From contig OY759746.1 of the NCBI GenBank assembly GCA_963662795.1, positions 1,440,001-1,504,000 on the forward strand: a stretch of 64,000 nucleotides of DNA, in the 5' to 3' direction. Origin of the DNA: Spirochaetia bacterium. GTDB lineage: Bacteria; Spirochaetota; Spirochaetia; CADAEX01. The translations under genes and the position numbers were made by a program. Below, piece by piece: positions 49,716 to 58,298 of the stretch (position 1 is the first letter of the stretch; the number at the start of each line of letters is the position of its first letter). The notes beneath the pieces were generated by a model, which worked only from the letters and a program-made list of their open reading frames with translations, did not search any database and had not been told where the DNA came from.

Positions 49716-51101
49716 GTGTCATTTAAAAGAGTTTTATTTACAAAAGCTGAATCTCAAAACAGAAAATATTCCAGATCAGGATGTTTTAGTGATTTGTTGA
49801 CTTTTTTTAAAACATTTTTATTCCTTCCCGGTATCTTCATAATGGTATTTTTTCTTTTTTCATGCTCATCCCTGCAGAAAGCGTCAGATGAAAGTAATGA
49901 TTCAAAAGGAATTGAATCCTCCTCTCTGGCTGGAAAATCCGGAGAGGCGCCGGAAGCTCCGGGAACATCCGGAATATCACCCGAAGGATTACCTGAAAAA
50001 GGAGTTTCCGAAGATGGTAATTCGTATACTGTGACGGCTTCCGGTGCCGGCGAGTGCAGCCCCCGGGAGATTGAGAAACTTTATCATAGCGCAGCCGCAA
50101 ACAGGATAACAAAGGAAGGAAGGATATACCTTCCCGTGAGCGAGGGGAACAAACTTACCTTTATTTCAGGCGATTTCACAGGAGACGGATGCCCCGAGTT
50201 TTATGTGCTTTATTCTGAAGGCAGTTCAGGGGATGATGTATTGAAACTCAATATAACCGATCTTAAGAATATATATCAGGAGGATGTGGGACTGAGACAG
50301 TATCTCCTCGCCGCCTACATCTTTTCAGATAATGCTTTTGTTTATAAAGGGTACGTAAACATTGAAAGCAGGGGAGCTTTCAGCTATCTTGAAAAGAAAG
50401 AGATAAACAGAAATACAAAAACCTATGCGCTCTCTGCAGGATTTCTGACAAGCGAAGGGTCATCAGAGGATCTTGTAATTTTCAGCAGGGATGGAAAATA
50501 CTCCACAATTACAATAAGAAATACCCTTTCCGATTCAATGAGGAAGGAGGACATTGATAACGACGGAATTCTTGACCTGCTCCGTTATGAACAGATTTTT
50601 GTTGACGGGTCAGGCGCCGAGACCTTTATTACCTGGTTTAAATTCAACGGGAAGGAATACCTGCCTGTAAAAACAGTCAATACAGTAAAGGACCTCCGCG
50701 GTTTTCTTGAAAAAACAGAACTGCTGCTTGAAGGGAAAGAACTCGAAAAATTTATTGAAGATTCGATATCACCTCCCGTTCTCAGAAAAATAAGATCAGC
50801 CGGAATCAGCAGCAGCGGGATCCTCCGGAGGGTGTTCATCCCGGCAAGGAGAGATACCGGCTCTTTTGCTGATATAGGGACGCTTCTTTCATCTGAAGCC
50901 GGTATTGATTTTACCTTCCCTGTAATTCTTGAAAACCCTTTCAGGATGGAGAGAGATAACCTTTACAGTTTTACTACCTATGTCAGAGCTTCCCTTAAGG
51001 GAGCGGAAGATACGGAAGAGAATGAGGCTATATATCTGGTGCGTATTTATATGGCGGCTAACCCGTTTGCAGCGAGAAAATATTTTTATTTTGTAAATTA
51101 A
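49716..51101 (+). CDS. Hypothetical lipoprotein with FG-GAP-like DxDxDG motifs (start uncertain)
   Basis: FLFSC lipobox, Ser/Gly/Glu-rich tether, GDFTGDGCPE and DIDNDGILD. Confidence 0.55.
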   Translation: MSFKRVLFTKAESQNRKYSRSGCFSDLLTFFKTFLFLPGIFIMVFFLFSCSSLQKASDESNDSKGIESSSLAGKSGEAPEAPGTSGISPEGLPEKGVSEDGNSYTVTASGAGECSPREIEKLYHSAAANRITKEGRIYLPVSEGNKLTFISGDFTGDGCPEFYVLYSEGSSGDDVLKLNITDLKNIYQEDVGLRQYLLAAYIFSDNAFVYKGYVNIESRGAFSYLEKKEINRNTKTYALSAGFLTSEGSSEDLVIFSRDGKYSTITIRNTLSDSMRKEDIDNDGILDLLRYEQIFVDGSGAETFITWFKFNGKEYLPVKTVNTVKDLRGFLEKTELLLEGKELEKFIEDSISPPVLRKIRSAGISSSGILRRVFIPARRDTGSFADIGTLLSSEAGIDFTFPVILENPFRMERDNLYSFTTYVRASLKGAEDTEENEAIYLVRIYMAANPFAARKYFYFVN

Positions 51102-51168
51102 TCTTTTTTGATTATTATCCCGGTTTACCCCCTTCTTTTGTGCCGGAATTTTCGATTTTAACCCATTA

Positions 51169-51197
51169 TTGACAACAGTACTTAATGATTGTAGAGT
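51169..51197 (+). promoter_or_regulatory. Sigma70-type promoter of murA
   Basis: TTGACA-17 bp-TAGAGT, 7 bp before the ATG. Confidence 0.6.
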
Positions 51198-51204
51198 CTG
51201 AAAT

Positions 51205-52491
51205 ATGTGCAGATATCATGTTGACGGGTCTTTTCCCATTAAAGGAAAAATAAAGGCAAGCGGTAATAAAAACGCGGCGCTTCCGTGTATCGCGGCAGCG
51301 CTCCTTTCAGACAGCGAGGTTATCCTTGAAAATCTGCCGGAGATTGAAGATGTTTCTGTTATGCTCTCCATTGCGTCCAAGCTGGGAGCAGCAGTTAAAA
51401 AAATAAAACCCACCGAGTATTCAATAAAAACAGGCAATTTAAAATCCGAACTTCCGCTTGAAGAAGCAAAAGCTGTCAGGGCCTCAATTCTTTTTGCAGG
51501 TCCCCTTCTTGCCAGAACAGGAAAAGTTGTTTTCCCGCCTCCAGGCGGTGACGTAATAGGCCGGCGGCGTCTTGATACCCATTTTATTGCGTTTTCCGAG
51601 CTTGGCGCAAGGATTGAAATGGACGGCTTTTTCAAGCTGACGGCAAACAAACTGGTAGGGGTTGATCTGTTTCTTGATGAAGCATCTGTCACAGCAACGG
51701 AAAATGCGATTATGGCATCAGTCCTCGCGGAAGGGAAGACAATTATCCAGAATGCCGCATCAGAGCCTCATGTCCAGGACCTGTGCAAAATGCTTGTTTC
51801 CATGGGGGCAAAAATAGCGGGAATCGGTTCCAATATCCTGTTTATTGACGGAGTTAAAAAGCTTTCGGGAACACGCTATAAAATCGGCTCTGATTTGATT
51901 GAGGTGGGTTCTTTTATAGGGCTTGCCGCAGTTACAAGGGGAGAACTTGAAATAGAAGATGCGGTTGCATCAGACCTTAGAATGACCAGAATTGCTTTTG
52001 CAAAACTGGGGATACACTGGGAAACTGACGGCAGTGTCATAAGGATCAAGCCCGGTCTTCAGCTGAAGGTTGTTCCTGACCTTGGCGGACAGATTCCGAC
52101 TATTGATGATGCGCCATGGCCCGGTTTTCCTCCCGACCTTACAAGTATAATAACTGTCGTTGCGACCCAGGTTGAGGGGACTGTTCTTATCCACGAGAAG
52201 ATGTTTGAATCAAGGATGTTTTTTGTAGACAAGCTTATCGGGATGGGAGCCCGGATTATCCTGTGCGACCCACACAGGGCTGTTGTAAGCGGCCCGTGCC
52301 GGCTTAAGGGGAGCGAGCTGGTCTCTCCCGATATAAGGGCAGGTATGGCAATGCTGATAGCTTCTCTCTGTGCAGAGGGTAAAAGCGAAATAAAAAACGT
52401 TTATCAGATTGAGCGGGGATATGAGAATCTTGTTAAAAGGTTAAAGCTGCTCGGAGCAAGAATTGAAAAGAAAAATGCTTCTGACTGCTGA
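51205..52491 (+). CDS. murA: UDP-N-acetylglucosamine 1-carboxyvinyltransferase (Asp in place of the catalytic Cys)
   Basis: [40 protein letters not shown]. Confidence 0.95.
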   Translation: MCRYHVDGSFPIKGKIKASGNKNAALPCIAAALLSDSEVILENLPEIEDVSVMLSIASKLGAAVKKIKPTEYSIKTGNLKSELPLEEAKAVRASILFAGPLLARTGKVVFPPPGGDVIGRRRLDTHFIAFSELGARIEMDGFFKLTANKLVGVDLFLDEASVTATENAIMASVLAEGKTIIQNAASEPHVQDLCKMLVSMGAKIAGIGSNILFIDGVKKLSGTRYKIGSDLIEVGSFIGLAAVTRGELEIEDAVASDLRMTRIAFAKLGIHWETDGSVIRIKPGLQLKVVPDLGGQIPTIDDAPWPGFPPDLTSIITVVATQVEGTVLIHEKMFESRMFFVDKLIGMGARIILCDPHRAVVSGPCRLKGSELVSPDIRAGMAMLIASLCAEGKSEIKNVYQIERGYENLVKRLKLLGARIEKKNASDC

Positions 52492-52497
52492 AGATTT

Positions 52498-54198
52498 TCA
52501 GGAATTTTTAATTGATGAAGCTTTATTGATTGTAAATAAGAGAATCCCGAAAATTTCAGCAAATGTTATAATTGAGTAGATAATTGCTGTTTTCAGCATT
52601 CCCAGTTCTCCCATAAAAATTGTTATCATTCCTGTTTTAAGATAAATAATGCTGTTTTCAAAAAGATAGATAAGGAGAACCGCCGCGGGAAGGAGGATCA
52701 GTGAAAAATAGTTTTTCCCCCTGTTTCTCTTTAAAAAGGATATTCCTGCTGCCATAACTGCAAGCAGCGTAAATACAAAATTGAAAAACCTTATAAACCT
52801 GATAAAAAGTTCCCTTGCCGGAGCAGTTTTTCCCGCCCCTGACGCGGCCAGCATTCCAAGATGATCAGCAAGATATGATGTTTTTATTTTCTTGAGGCGG
52901 GTATCTTCCAATCCCATGAAAAGCAGCGCTTCCTGGGGAATCTCAAGTTTTACTGAATATATTTTTTCACTTTCTTTCCCTTTAATTACCTCAGGCGGGA
53001 TCATCATTTTTGTATCCCTTCCGATGCACAGCATATTGAGATCGCCGTCGATTGATTTTCCATACATCGAATGGATCTGGTTTTTGATTTCACCTTTTTC
53101 AGACAGGTGTATTATATCGATATCAAAAAAATAGACACTGTCTCCTGAAAAGATAATTTTTTCTGCCAGGATAAGCTCCTTTCCTGTCTTGTCTGATTTA
53201 TTTACAAAAGCGATCTCTGTTTTTCCAGGCGCGAAATAGAATTTTATTATATCCTCATAAAAAAATGAGATTCCGGTAAGATGTGAAAAAACTTCTTCCC
53301 CCATATCAGCCAGTTCCGGGTCAGTTTTATATGCCAGTGAAAGCTGATGGAAAAGATAATAGGCTTTCTGATATTCCTTTTCATTGATAAGTTTTTCAAG
53401 TTCAAGTTTTCCGTCATAAAGTCTTTCTTCCCTGTTTTTATCCGGAGTATATAAGGTAAGCTTCTTCTCTGCCCTTTTTAAAATTTCACCGGCTTTTTTT
53501 CTGCTGCTTTTTAAACGGCCGGCCATTTGCCCGTAATAAACTGCTGAAGGGTAATCTCCATTTTTGAAATACTTCTCCGCGGTGTCAAGGAGCCTGCTGC
53601 CTGTTATAAAATCCTCAGAATAACTGCCTGCAATTTCTTTATCCTGCTCCTTTCTCCCGGATTCATTATCCGGAAGAGCTATTATGATAGCGCTCTTTTT
53701 TTCATTTATCTCTTTGTTGTTCGGGTCTAAGTAAAGATAAAGATCTGCAAAAACGCGGGCTTCCTCAAGCTTTCCCTCATTCAGATTTTTTATTGTTTCT
53801 TCAAAATATAATTTTCCGGAACCTGACAACTGTTTCAGCCACTCCTTTTTTTCGATTAATACCGGTTCTGTTACAAAAACGAAAAGCAGATAAATAATTA
53901 CAGATGGAATAGCTGCCGGCAGCACAGACAGTATTATTGCCGCCCCGCTTGCAGACGGGGTTTTATCTTTTCCGGAAATTCTGTCTGTCATTACAAGCAT
54001 GATAAAAAGAGCTGCGGCGGTTATGGGAAGGAACAGCCTCGAATATATGTAGAATATGTTTATTATAATATATGGGGTATTTAAAACTGAAATTTGCAGT
54101 TTTTCATGTATCAAAAGGGAGTATAAAACAATAAGTATCAAGGAAAACAGATGAGTAAGGAACAGATACTTGATGCTGCGTCCTGTTGTAAGTTTCAT
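52498..54198 (-). CDS. Membrane protein, LptF/G-like topology with TPR-like insertion
   Basis: N- and C-terminal TM clusters around a helical-repeat plus beta-rich soluble region. Confidence 0.45.
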   Translation of the reverse strand: MKLTTGRSIKYLFLTHLFSLILIVLYSLLIHEKLQISVLNTPYIIINIFYIYSRLFLPITAAALFIMLVMTDRISGKDKTPSASGAAIILSVLPAAIPSVIIYLLFVFVTEPVLIEKKEWLKQLSGSGKLYFEETIKNLNEGKLEEARVFADLYLYLDPNNKEINEKKSAIIIALPDNESGRKEQDKEIAGSYSEDFITGSRLLDTAEKYFKNGDYPSAVYYGQMAGRLKSSRKKAGEILKRAEKKLTLYTPDKNREERLYDGKLELEKLINEKEYQKAYYLFHQLSLAYKTDPELADMGEEVFSHLTGISFFYEDIIKFYFAPGKTEIAFVNKSDKTGKELILAEKIIFSGDSVYFFDIDIIHLSEKGEIKNQIHSMYGKSIDGDLNMLCIGRDTKMMIPPEVIKGKESEKIYSVKLEIPQEALLFMGLEDTRLKKIKTSYLADHLGMLAASGAGKTAPARELFIRFIRFFNFVFTLLAVMAAGISFLKRNRGKNYFSLILLPAAVLLIYLFENSIIYLKTGMITIFMGELGMLKTAIIYSIITFAEIFGILLFTINKASSIKNS

Positions 54199-55094
54199 CT
54201 TCGGTTTACTCCGGTTATTTTTTTAATTAAAAAAGCAGCTGTGATAACACCAGTGATAATCAGGTATAATAAATACCAGGTTAATGTTTTGTCCGGGAAC
54301 AGGCCGGGAAGGTTTTCTGCCGAAAGGGGGAGCGGAATTCTTTGAAGATGATAATTACTCAGGATAAAAAGAAAGACAAAAAACTGGGAAAACATGTAGT
54401 TTATTACGGGCCAGCTCCCTGAAGAAAAAAAGATTGAAATTGCAGTGACAGAAATAATAACAGACATTGCTTTTAAAGTTTTTCTGTAGAGTGAAGAGAG
54501 GCCGCCCCTGCTGATATCAGCAGAAATATTTGAAGAATATTTTATAAGAGCGTTGAAAAATTTGTTCCACGGGTTTTCTGTCTCCAGTTTATATTCCCCT
54601 TCCACAGATGAGAGCTTTAATTTCATGTTCTCATTTATCTTGTAATTTCCTCTGTAAACAGCCGGACTGGAAGGGGATGATGAAGCTGAAGCTGAAGAAG
54701 GTGAGATCTGTGAACCGGTTTTTTTATTTATGATAAGTCCTGTCAGTGTTCTGTTTTCTATATTATCAACAAAAAGAAGATTTTTACCAGACTTGTAAAA
54801 TCTTCCTGATTCAACATCAGGCTGGGAAAAAACAATGATGGAGTGAGGGAAAAAAACTCCGGCAGCTGTCAGGAGGAGAGAAAGTATTGCTGTTGTTGCG
54901 AGTGCGGTTAATAAGGGGTGTTTTTTCCTTTTTGCCCAGAATGACGGAATATAAAAAATCATTGAGATAAGTACTATAAGGGTAAGGTTTTCAGCGAAAA
55001 AAACAGTAAAAGCAGTCCCTGCATCTGATGCTGCAGCAAAATTCTGGGAAAAAACAATTACTGAACCGGCTGCAAAAAAAAATAAAAAAGACAT
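54195..55094 (-). CDS. Membrane protein, LptF/G-like topology (possible ATC start at 55118)
   Basis: 3 TM, then SGRFY…LLFVDNIE…LTGLII, then 3 TM. Confidence 0.45.
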   Translation of the reverse strand: MSFLFFFAAGSVIVFSQNFAAASDAGTAFTVFFAENLTLIVLISMIFYIPSFWAKRKKHPLLTALATTAILSLLLTAAGVFFPHSIIVFSQPDVESGRFYKSGKNLLFVDNIENRTLTGLIINKKTGSQISPSSASASSSPSSPAVYRGNYKINENMKLKLSSVEGEYKLETENPWNKFFNALIKYSSNISADISRGGLSSLYRKTLKAMSVIISVTAISIFFSSGSWPVINYMFSQFFVFLFILSNYHLQRIPLPLSAENLPGLFPDKTLTWYLLYLIITGVITAAFLIKKITGVNRR

Positions 55095-55227
55095 AATATT
55101 TATTATTAAAGAGGCGATGACCTTACTCCTGTATTATGCTTAAAGAGATCCTGTGGTACTGTTTTTATGCTGATGCAGGACCGGATCAATCTTTTTAATG
55201 AATTTTATCATGTGCTGAACCCCATTG

Positions 55228-55545
55228 CAATAATAATAATTTTATCCATAATGCGTGCCCTTAGGGGATAAGCTGTTGTTATGCACAGGCGGCAGCCTCT
55301 CCTGCACAAGTTATCCACAGGTAATTAAGGTTAATTATTTGTTATAATGTGCGGATGACAGTGCTTTTTCTGCAGAAAAAATAATTATTTACGGTAATTC
55401 GCCGGGTTGAGATTTAATAATTACTTATAATACATGTATTTATTTGTCTTTTCTCTAAAAAGCCAATTATTGAAAAAAATATTAAAAAGGCAAATAAAAA
55501 ACCTGCAGCTAACGGCAGGAAGTTATCCACAGGTTGTTAACAACA
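55228..55545. promoter_or_regulatory. DnaA-box cluster flanking an AT-rich tract
   Basis: TTATCCACA at 55311-55319 and 55523-55531, TTATGCACA 55279-55287, TTATCCATA 55242-55250, weaker boxes at 55263-55271 (-) and 55537-55545. Confidence 0.65.
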
Positions 55546-55599
55546 GGTTTAATTTAAAAAAAGTTTTCGCTGTTTTTTGAAAAAAGAATAGAAAAGAGT

Positions 55600-56151
55600 T
55601 TATCCCAGGAAGACCTGTCCGTTATTGTCTATCGCAAGAATTGTCTTACATTCAGAACACCTGAATCTTCCTGCTTTTACTGCTTTAAGCTTCTTTGAAC
55701 AGATGGGACATTTGAATATTTTCGGGAATATTTCTGAAGATTTCTGGGGATTTCCCTTGTTAAAGAATTCAACCGCATCTTCGAGTGAATCTTTTATATT
55801 AAAAAACTGTGAAAAGCCAAGCAACTGGAATACTTCATAGACTTTTGGCTGTATTTCGAGAAGAACAATATCCCCTCCTCGCGGTTTTACTGTTTTGAGA
55901 AATGCTGTAAAAGACCCGATTCCTGTGCTTGATACATAATTAAGGCCGTTACAGTTGAAAATCAGTTTTATAAAACCCGAATCAACTGCTTTTGCGATTC
56001 TTTTCTGGAATGAATTGGAATTATATGTATCAATGTATCCGGTAAGGTATAGTACAAGACATTTGGGATCGCTTTCAACTTTTTGTAACCTGATTTTCAG
56101 ACTGTCATCTTTTTCATCATCAAACCCCGGTACTATTTCATTATTTGACAT
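55600..56151 (-). CDS. STAS-domain anti-sigma-factor antagonist with C-terminal Zn ribbon
   Basis: LTGYIDTYN, YVSSTGIG phospho-Ser motif, CPIC…CSEC. Confidence 0.88.
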   Translation of the reverse strand: MSNNEIVPGFDDEKDDSLKIRLQKVESDPKCLVLYLTGYIDTYNSNSFQKRIAKAVDSGFIKLIFNCNGLNYVSSTGIGSFTAFLKTVKPRGGDIVLLEIQPKVYEVFQLLGFSQFFNIKDSLEDAVEFFNKGNPQKSSEIFPKIFKCPICSKKLKAVKAGRFRCSECKTILAIDNNGQVFLG

Positions 56152-56203
56152 ATATATACCTTTTTATAGAAAATAATTTTGCAAAATACTGATTTTTCTT
56201 TTT

Positions 56204-56232
56204 ATAATAAAAGTTAATCATTATTTTGTCAA
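56204..56232 (-). promoter_or_regulatory. Sigma70-type promoter of the STAS gene
   Basis: Minus strand TTGACA-17 bp-TATTAT. Confidence 0.6.
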
Positions 56233-56356
56233 ATAATATATAGTTAAGCAACTATTCCGATATTAATTATTATCGGCAGGATATAACCATTTTGTTTATG
56301 GTTTATTTTGCAAATATGGTATAATATCCGAAATTATCTGTTTTTCAGGGGGCGGA

Positions 56357-56836
56357 ATGAATAAAAACCTGTTTATATTTTTTATTATTTTTATTTCATA
56401 CAGCGCTGCGCTTACTGCACAGGAAGCGCCCGGATTTGATAATGTTGTTAATTTTAATATCTCCTTAAAAGACCTTGATGCTCTTGCCAAAAACAATAAA
56501 GTAAAATCCATAGGTGACAAATATCTTATTTTAAACGGGGCAGTTTCTGAATATATGGTTACGGACAAGGAAGATGACAGCTACACAGTTGAAATTGTGC
56601 TTGTCAACGGTGAGTGGGCTGGAATTTCCGATGTGTATATCTACAGAAGCATAATTGTGTTCAAAGGCCCTGAGTTTAAGGAAAAATTTCCTGAGAGAAG
56701 AAGAAGCACTCCCGGCCCTGAAGAAATACCGGTAAATTCCGGTCTTATTGTTGTAGCAAAATTTCTGGAAGTCAGAAACGAGGGGGGGATGGTTATTCCT
56801 GTCCTTGACGGTAAATATCTTAGAGTATACAAATGA
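56357..56836 (+). CDS. Hypothetical exported protein
   Basis: Signal peptide ending ALTA; small beta-rich mature domain. Confidence 0.6.
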   Translation: MNKNLFIFFIIFISYSAALTAQEAPGFDNVVNFNISLKDLDALAKNNKVKSIGDKYLILNGAVSEYMVTDKEDDSYTVEIVLVNGEWAGISDVYIYRSIIVFKGPEFKEKFPERRRSTPGPEEIPVNSGLIVVAKFLEVRNEGGMVIPVLDGKYLRVYK

Positions 56837-56904
56837 CCCTGCCGTACCGGCTGCCGGACAGGAAAATATGGCCGTGCCTGAATACTACCCCGGAGTTTTT
56901 TTAA

Positions 56905-57771
56905 ATGAAGCAGTATTTTGATCTTGTAAAATATGTTCTTGAAAATGGAAAAAGAAAGGAAAACCGCACAGGAGTAGCGACTTTAAGCTGTTTTTCCTGT
57001 TTTTATAAAGTTGATCTTGCTCAGGGGTATCCCCTGCTTACTACAAAAAAAATCTTTTTTAATTCAATGCTCAGGGAGCTCCTCTGGTATCTTTCAGGCG
57101 AGGAGCATATCAAAAATCTTAAAAAACACACAAAAATATGGGATTCCTGGGCTGATGAGGAAGGACATCTGGAGACTGCATACGGCAGGTTCTGGAGAAG
57201 GTTTCCTGTTCCTGAAAAAGGGCTTGACGGAGAAGTCTGGTCAGACAGCAGGTGGGTCAGCATGGACCCGGTTACAGGATATCCGGTTTTTGACCAGATT
57301 CAGTACATCATCGATTCGCTTAAGGAAATCAGGGAAAACCCTTATTCAAGTGCTTTGAGGCGCCTTGTTGTTTCTGCGTGGCACCCTGCCAACGCATCTG
57401 TAAGCAGACTTCCCCCCTGTCATTACACTTTCTGCTTTAATGTATCTGACGGAAAACTCAACTGCCATTTGACTCAAAGATCCGCAGATATAGCACTTGG
57501 AGTTCCCTTTAATCTTGCGTGTTACTCTCTTCTTACCATTATGCTTGCCAAAGAATGCGGTTTTATCCCGGGAGAGTTTGCCCATACCCTGATTGACGCC
57601 CATATTTATGAAAACCATGTTGAAGGGCTTAAAATGCAGCTTGAAAGAAAACCGTCACCCCTGCCGGGGATTATAATTGCGGATAAGCCGTTCAATGAGC
57701 TTATGTTTGAGGATTTTGAACTTAAAGATTATAATCCCCAGCCTTTTATCAAATTCGAGGTGGCTGTTTGA
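56905..57771 (+). CDS. thyA: Thymidylate synthase
   Basis: PLLTTKK, ELLWYL, LPPCH, QRSADIALGVPFN, DAHIYENH. Confidence 0.96.
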   Translation: MKQYFDLVKYVLENGKRKENRTGVATLSCFSCFYKVDLAQGYPLLTTKKIFFNSMLRELLWYLSGEEHIKNLKKHTKIWDSWADEEGHLETAYGRFWRRFPVPEKGLDGEVWSDSRWVSMDPVTGYPVFDQIQYIIDSLKEIRENPYSSALRRLVVSAWHPANASVSRLPPCHYTFCFNVSDGKLNCHLTQRSADIALGVPFNLACYSLLTIMLAKECGFIPGEFAHTLIDAHIYENHVEGLKMQLERKPSPLPGIIIADKPFNELMFEDFELKDYNPQPFIKFEVAV

Positions 57772-58298
57772 CCGTTTCAATAAAGCCGGTAAAAGAAATA
57801 TCTCTAATTGCCGCAATGACAGGCAGAGGTGTGATCGGCAAAGGTAATAATCTGCCCTGGAATATATCAGAAGATTTAAAACTGTTTAAAAAGATAACTA
57901 TGGGAAATATCCTTATAATGGGGCGAAAGACTTACGAGTCAATAGGCAAACCGCTGCCGGGGCGAAAAAACTTTATTATAACATCAACCGCCCCGGAATC
58001 TTCTGCCGCGGAAATTTCTTCTTCCGCCCCGGTATTTGAAAATGGAAAAACCTATTATTTCGCCTCATTTTCTGATGCTGCTTCCGCTGCCTCATCAGCA
58101 GAGGGAAGTCCCTTCATTATCGGGGGAGCGTCCATATATGCGCATACCCTCCGTTATGCAGACAGAATGTATCTTTCAATGGTTAAAAAAGAGTATGACG
58201 GAGATGTTTATTTCCCCCGTTTTGACCTTGATGAATGGGTTTTGTCTGAAGAGAAAGATTTCGGCGGGTTTGTTTTAAAAGTACTGCTCCGCACTTGA
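57768..58298 (+). CDS. folA: Dihydrofolate reductase
   Basis: VIGKGNNLPW, MGRKTYESIGKPLPGR, IGGASIY, GDVYFP. Confidence 0.93.
   Translation: MTVSIKPVKEISLIAAMTGRGVIGKGNNLPWNISEDLKLFKKITMGNILIMGRKTYESIGKPLPGRKNFIITSTAPESSAAEISSSAPVFENGKTYYFASFSDAASAASSAEGSPFIIGGASIYAHTLRYADRMYLSMVKKEYDGDVYFPRFDLDEWVLSEEKDFGGFVLKVLLRT

Noticed and set aside
29649-52491. PEP mutase plus fosfomycin-resistant MurA as a phosphonate-antibiotic cluster with self-resistance
   Set aside because: The genes are 20 kb apart, the mutase is degenerate, Asp-MurA is a lineage trait, and no fom-type genes are present.
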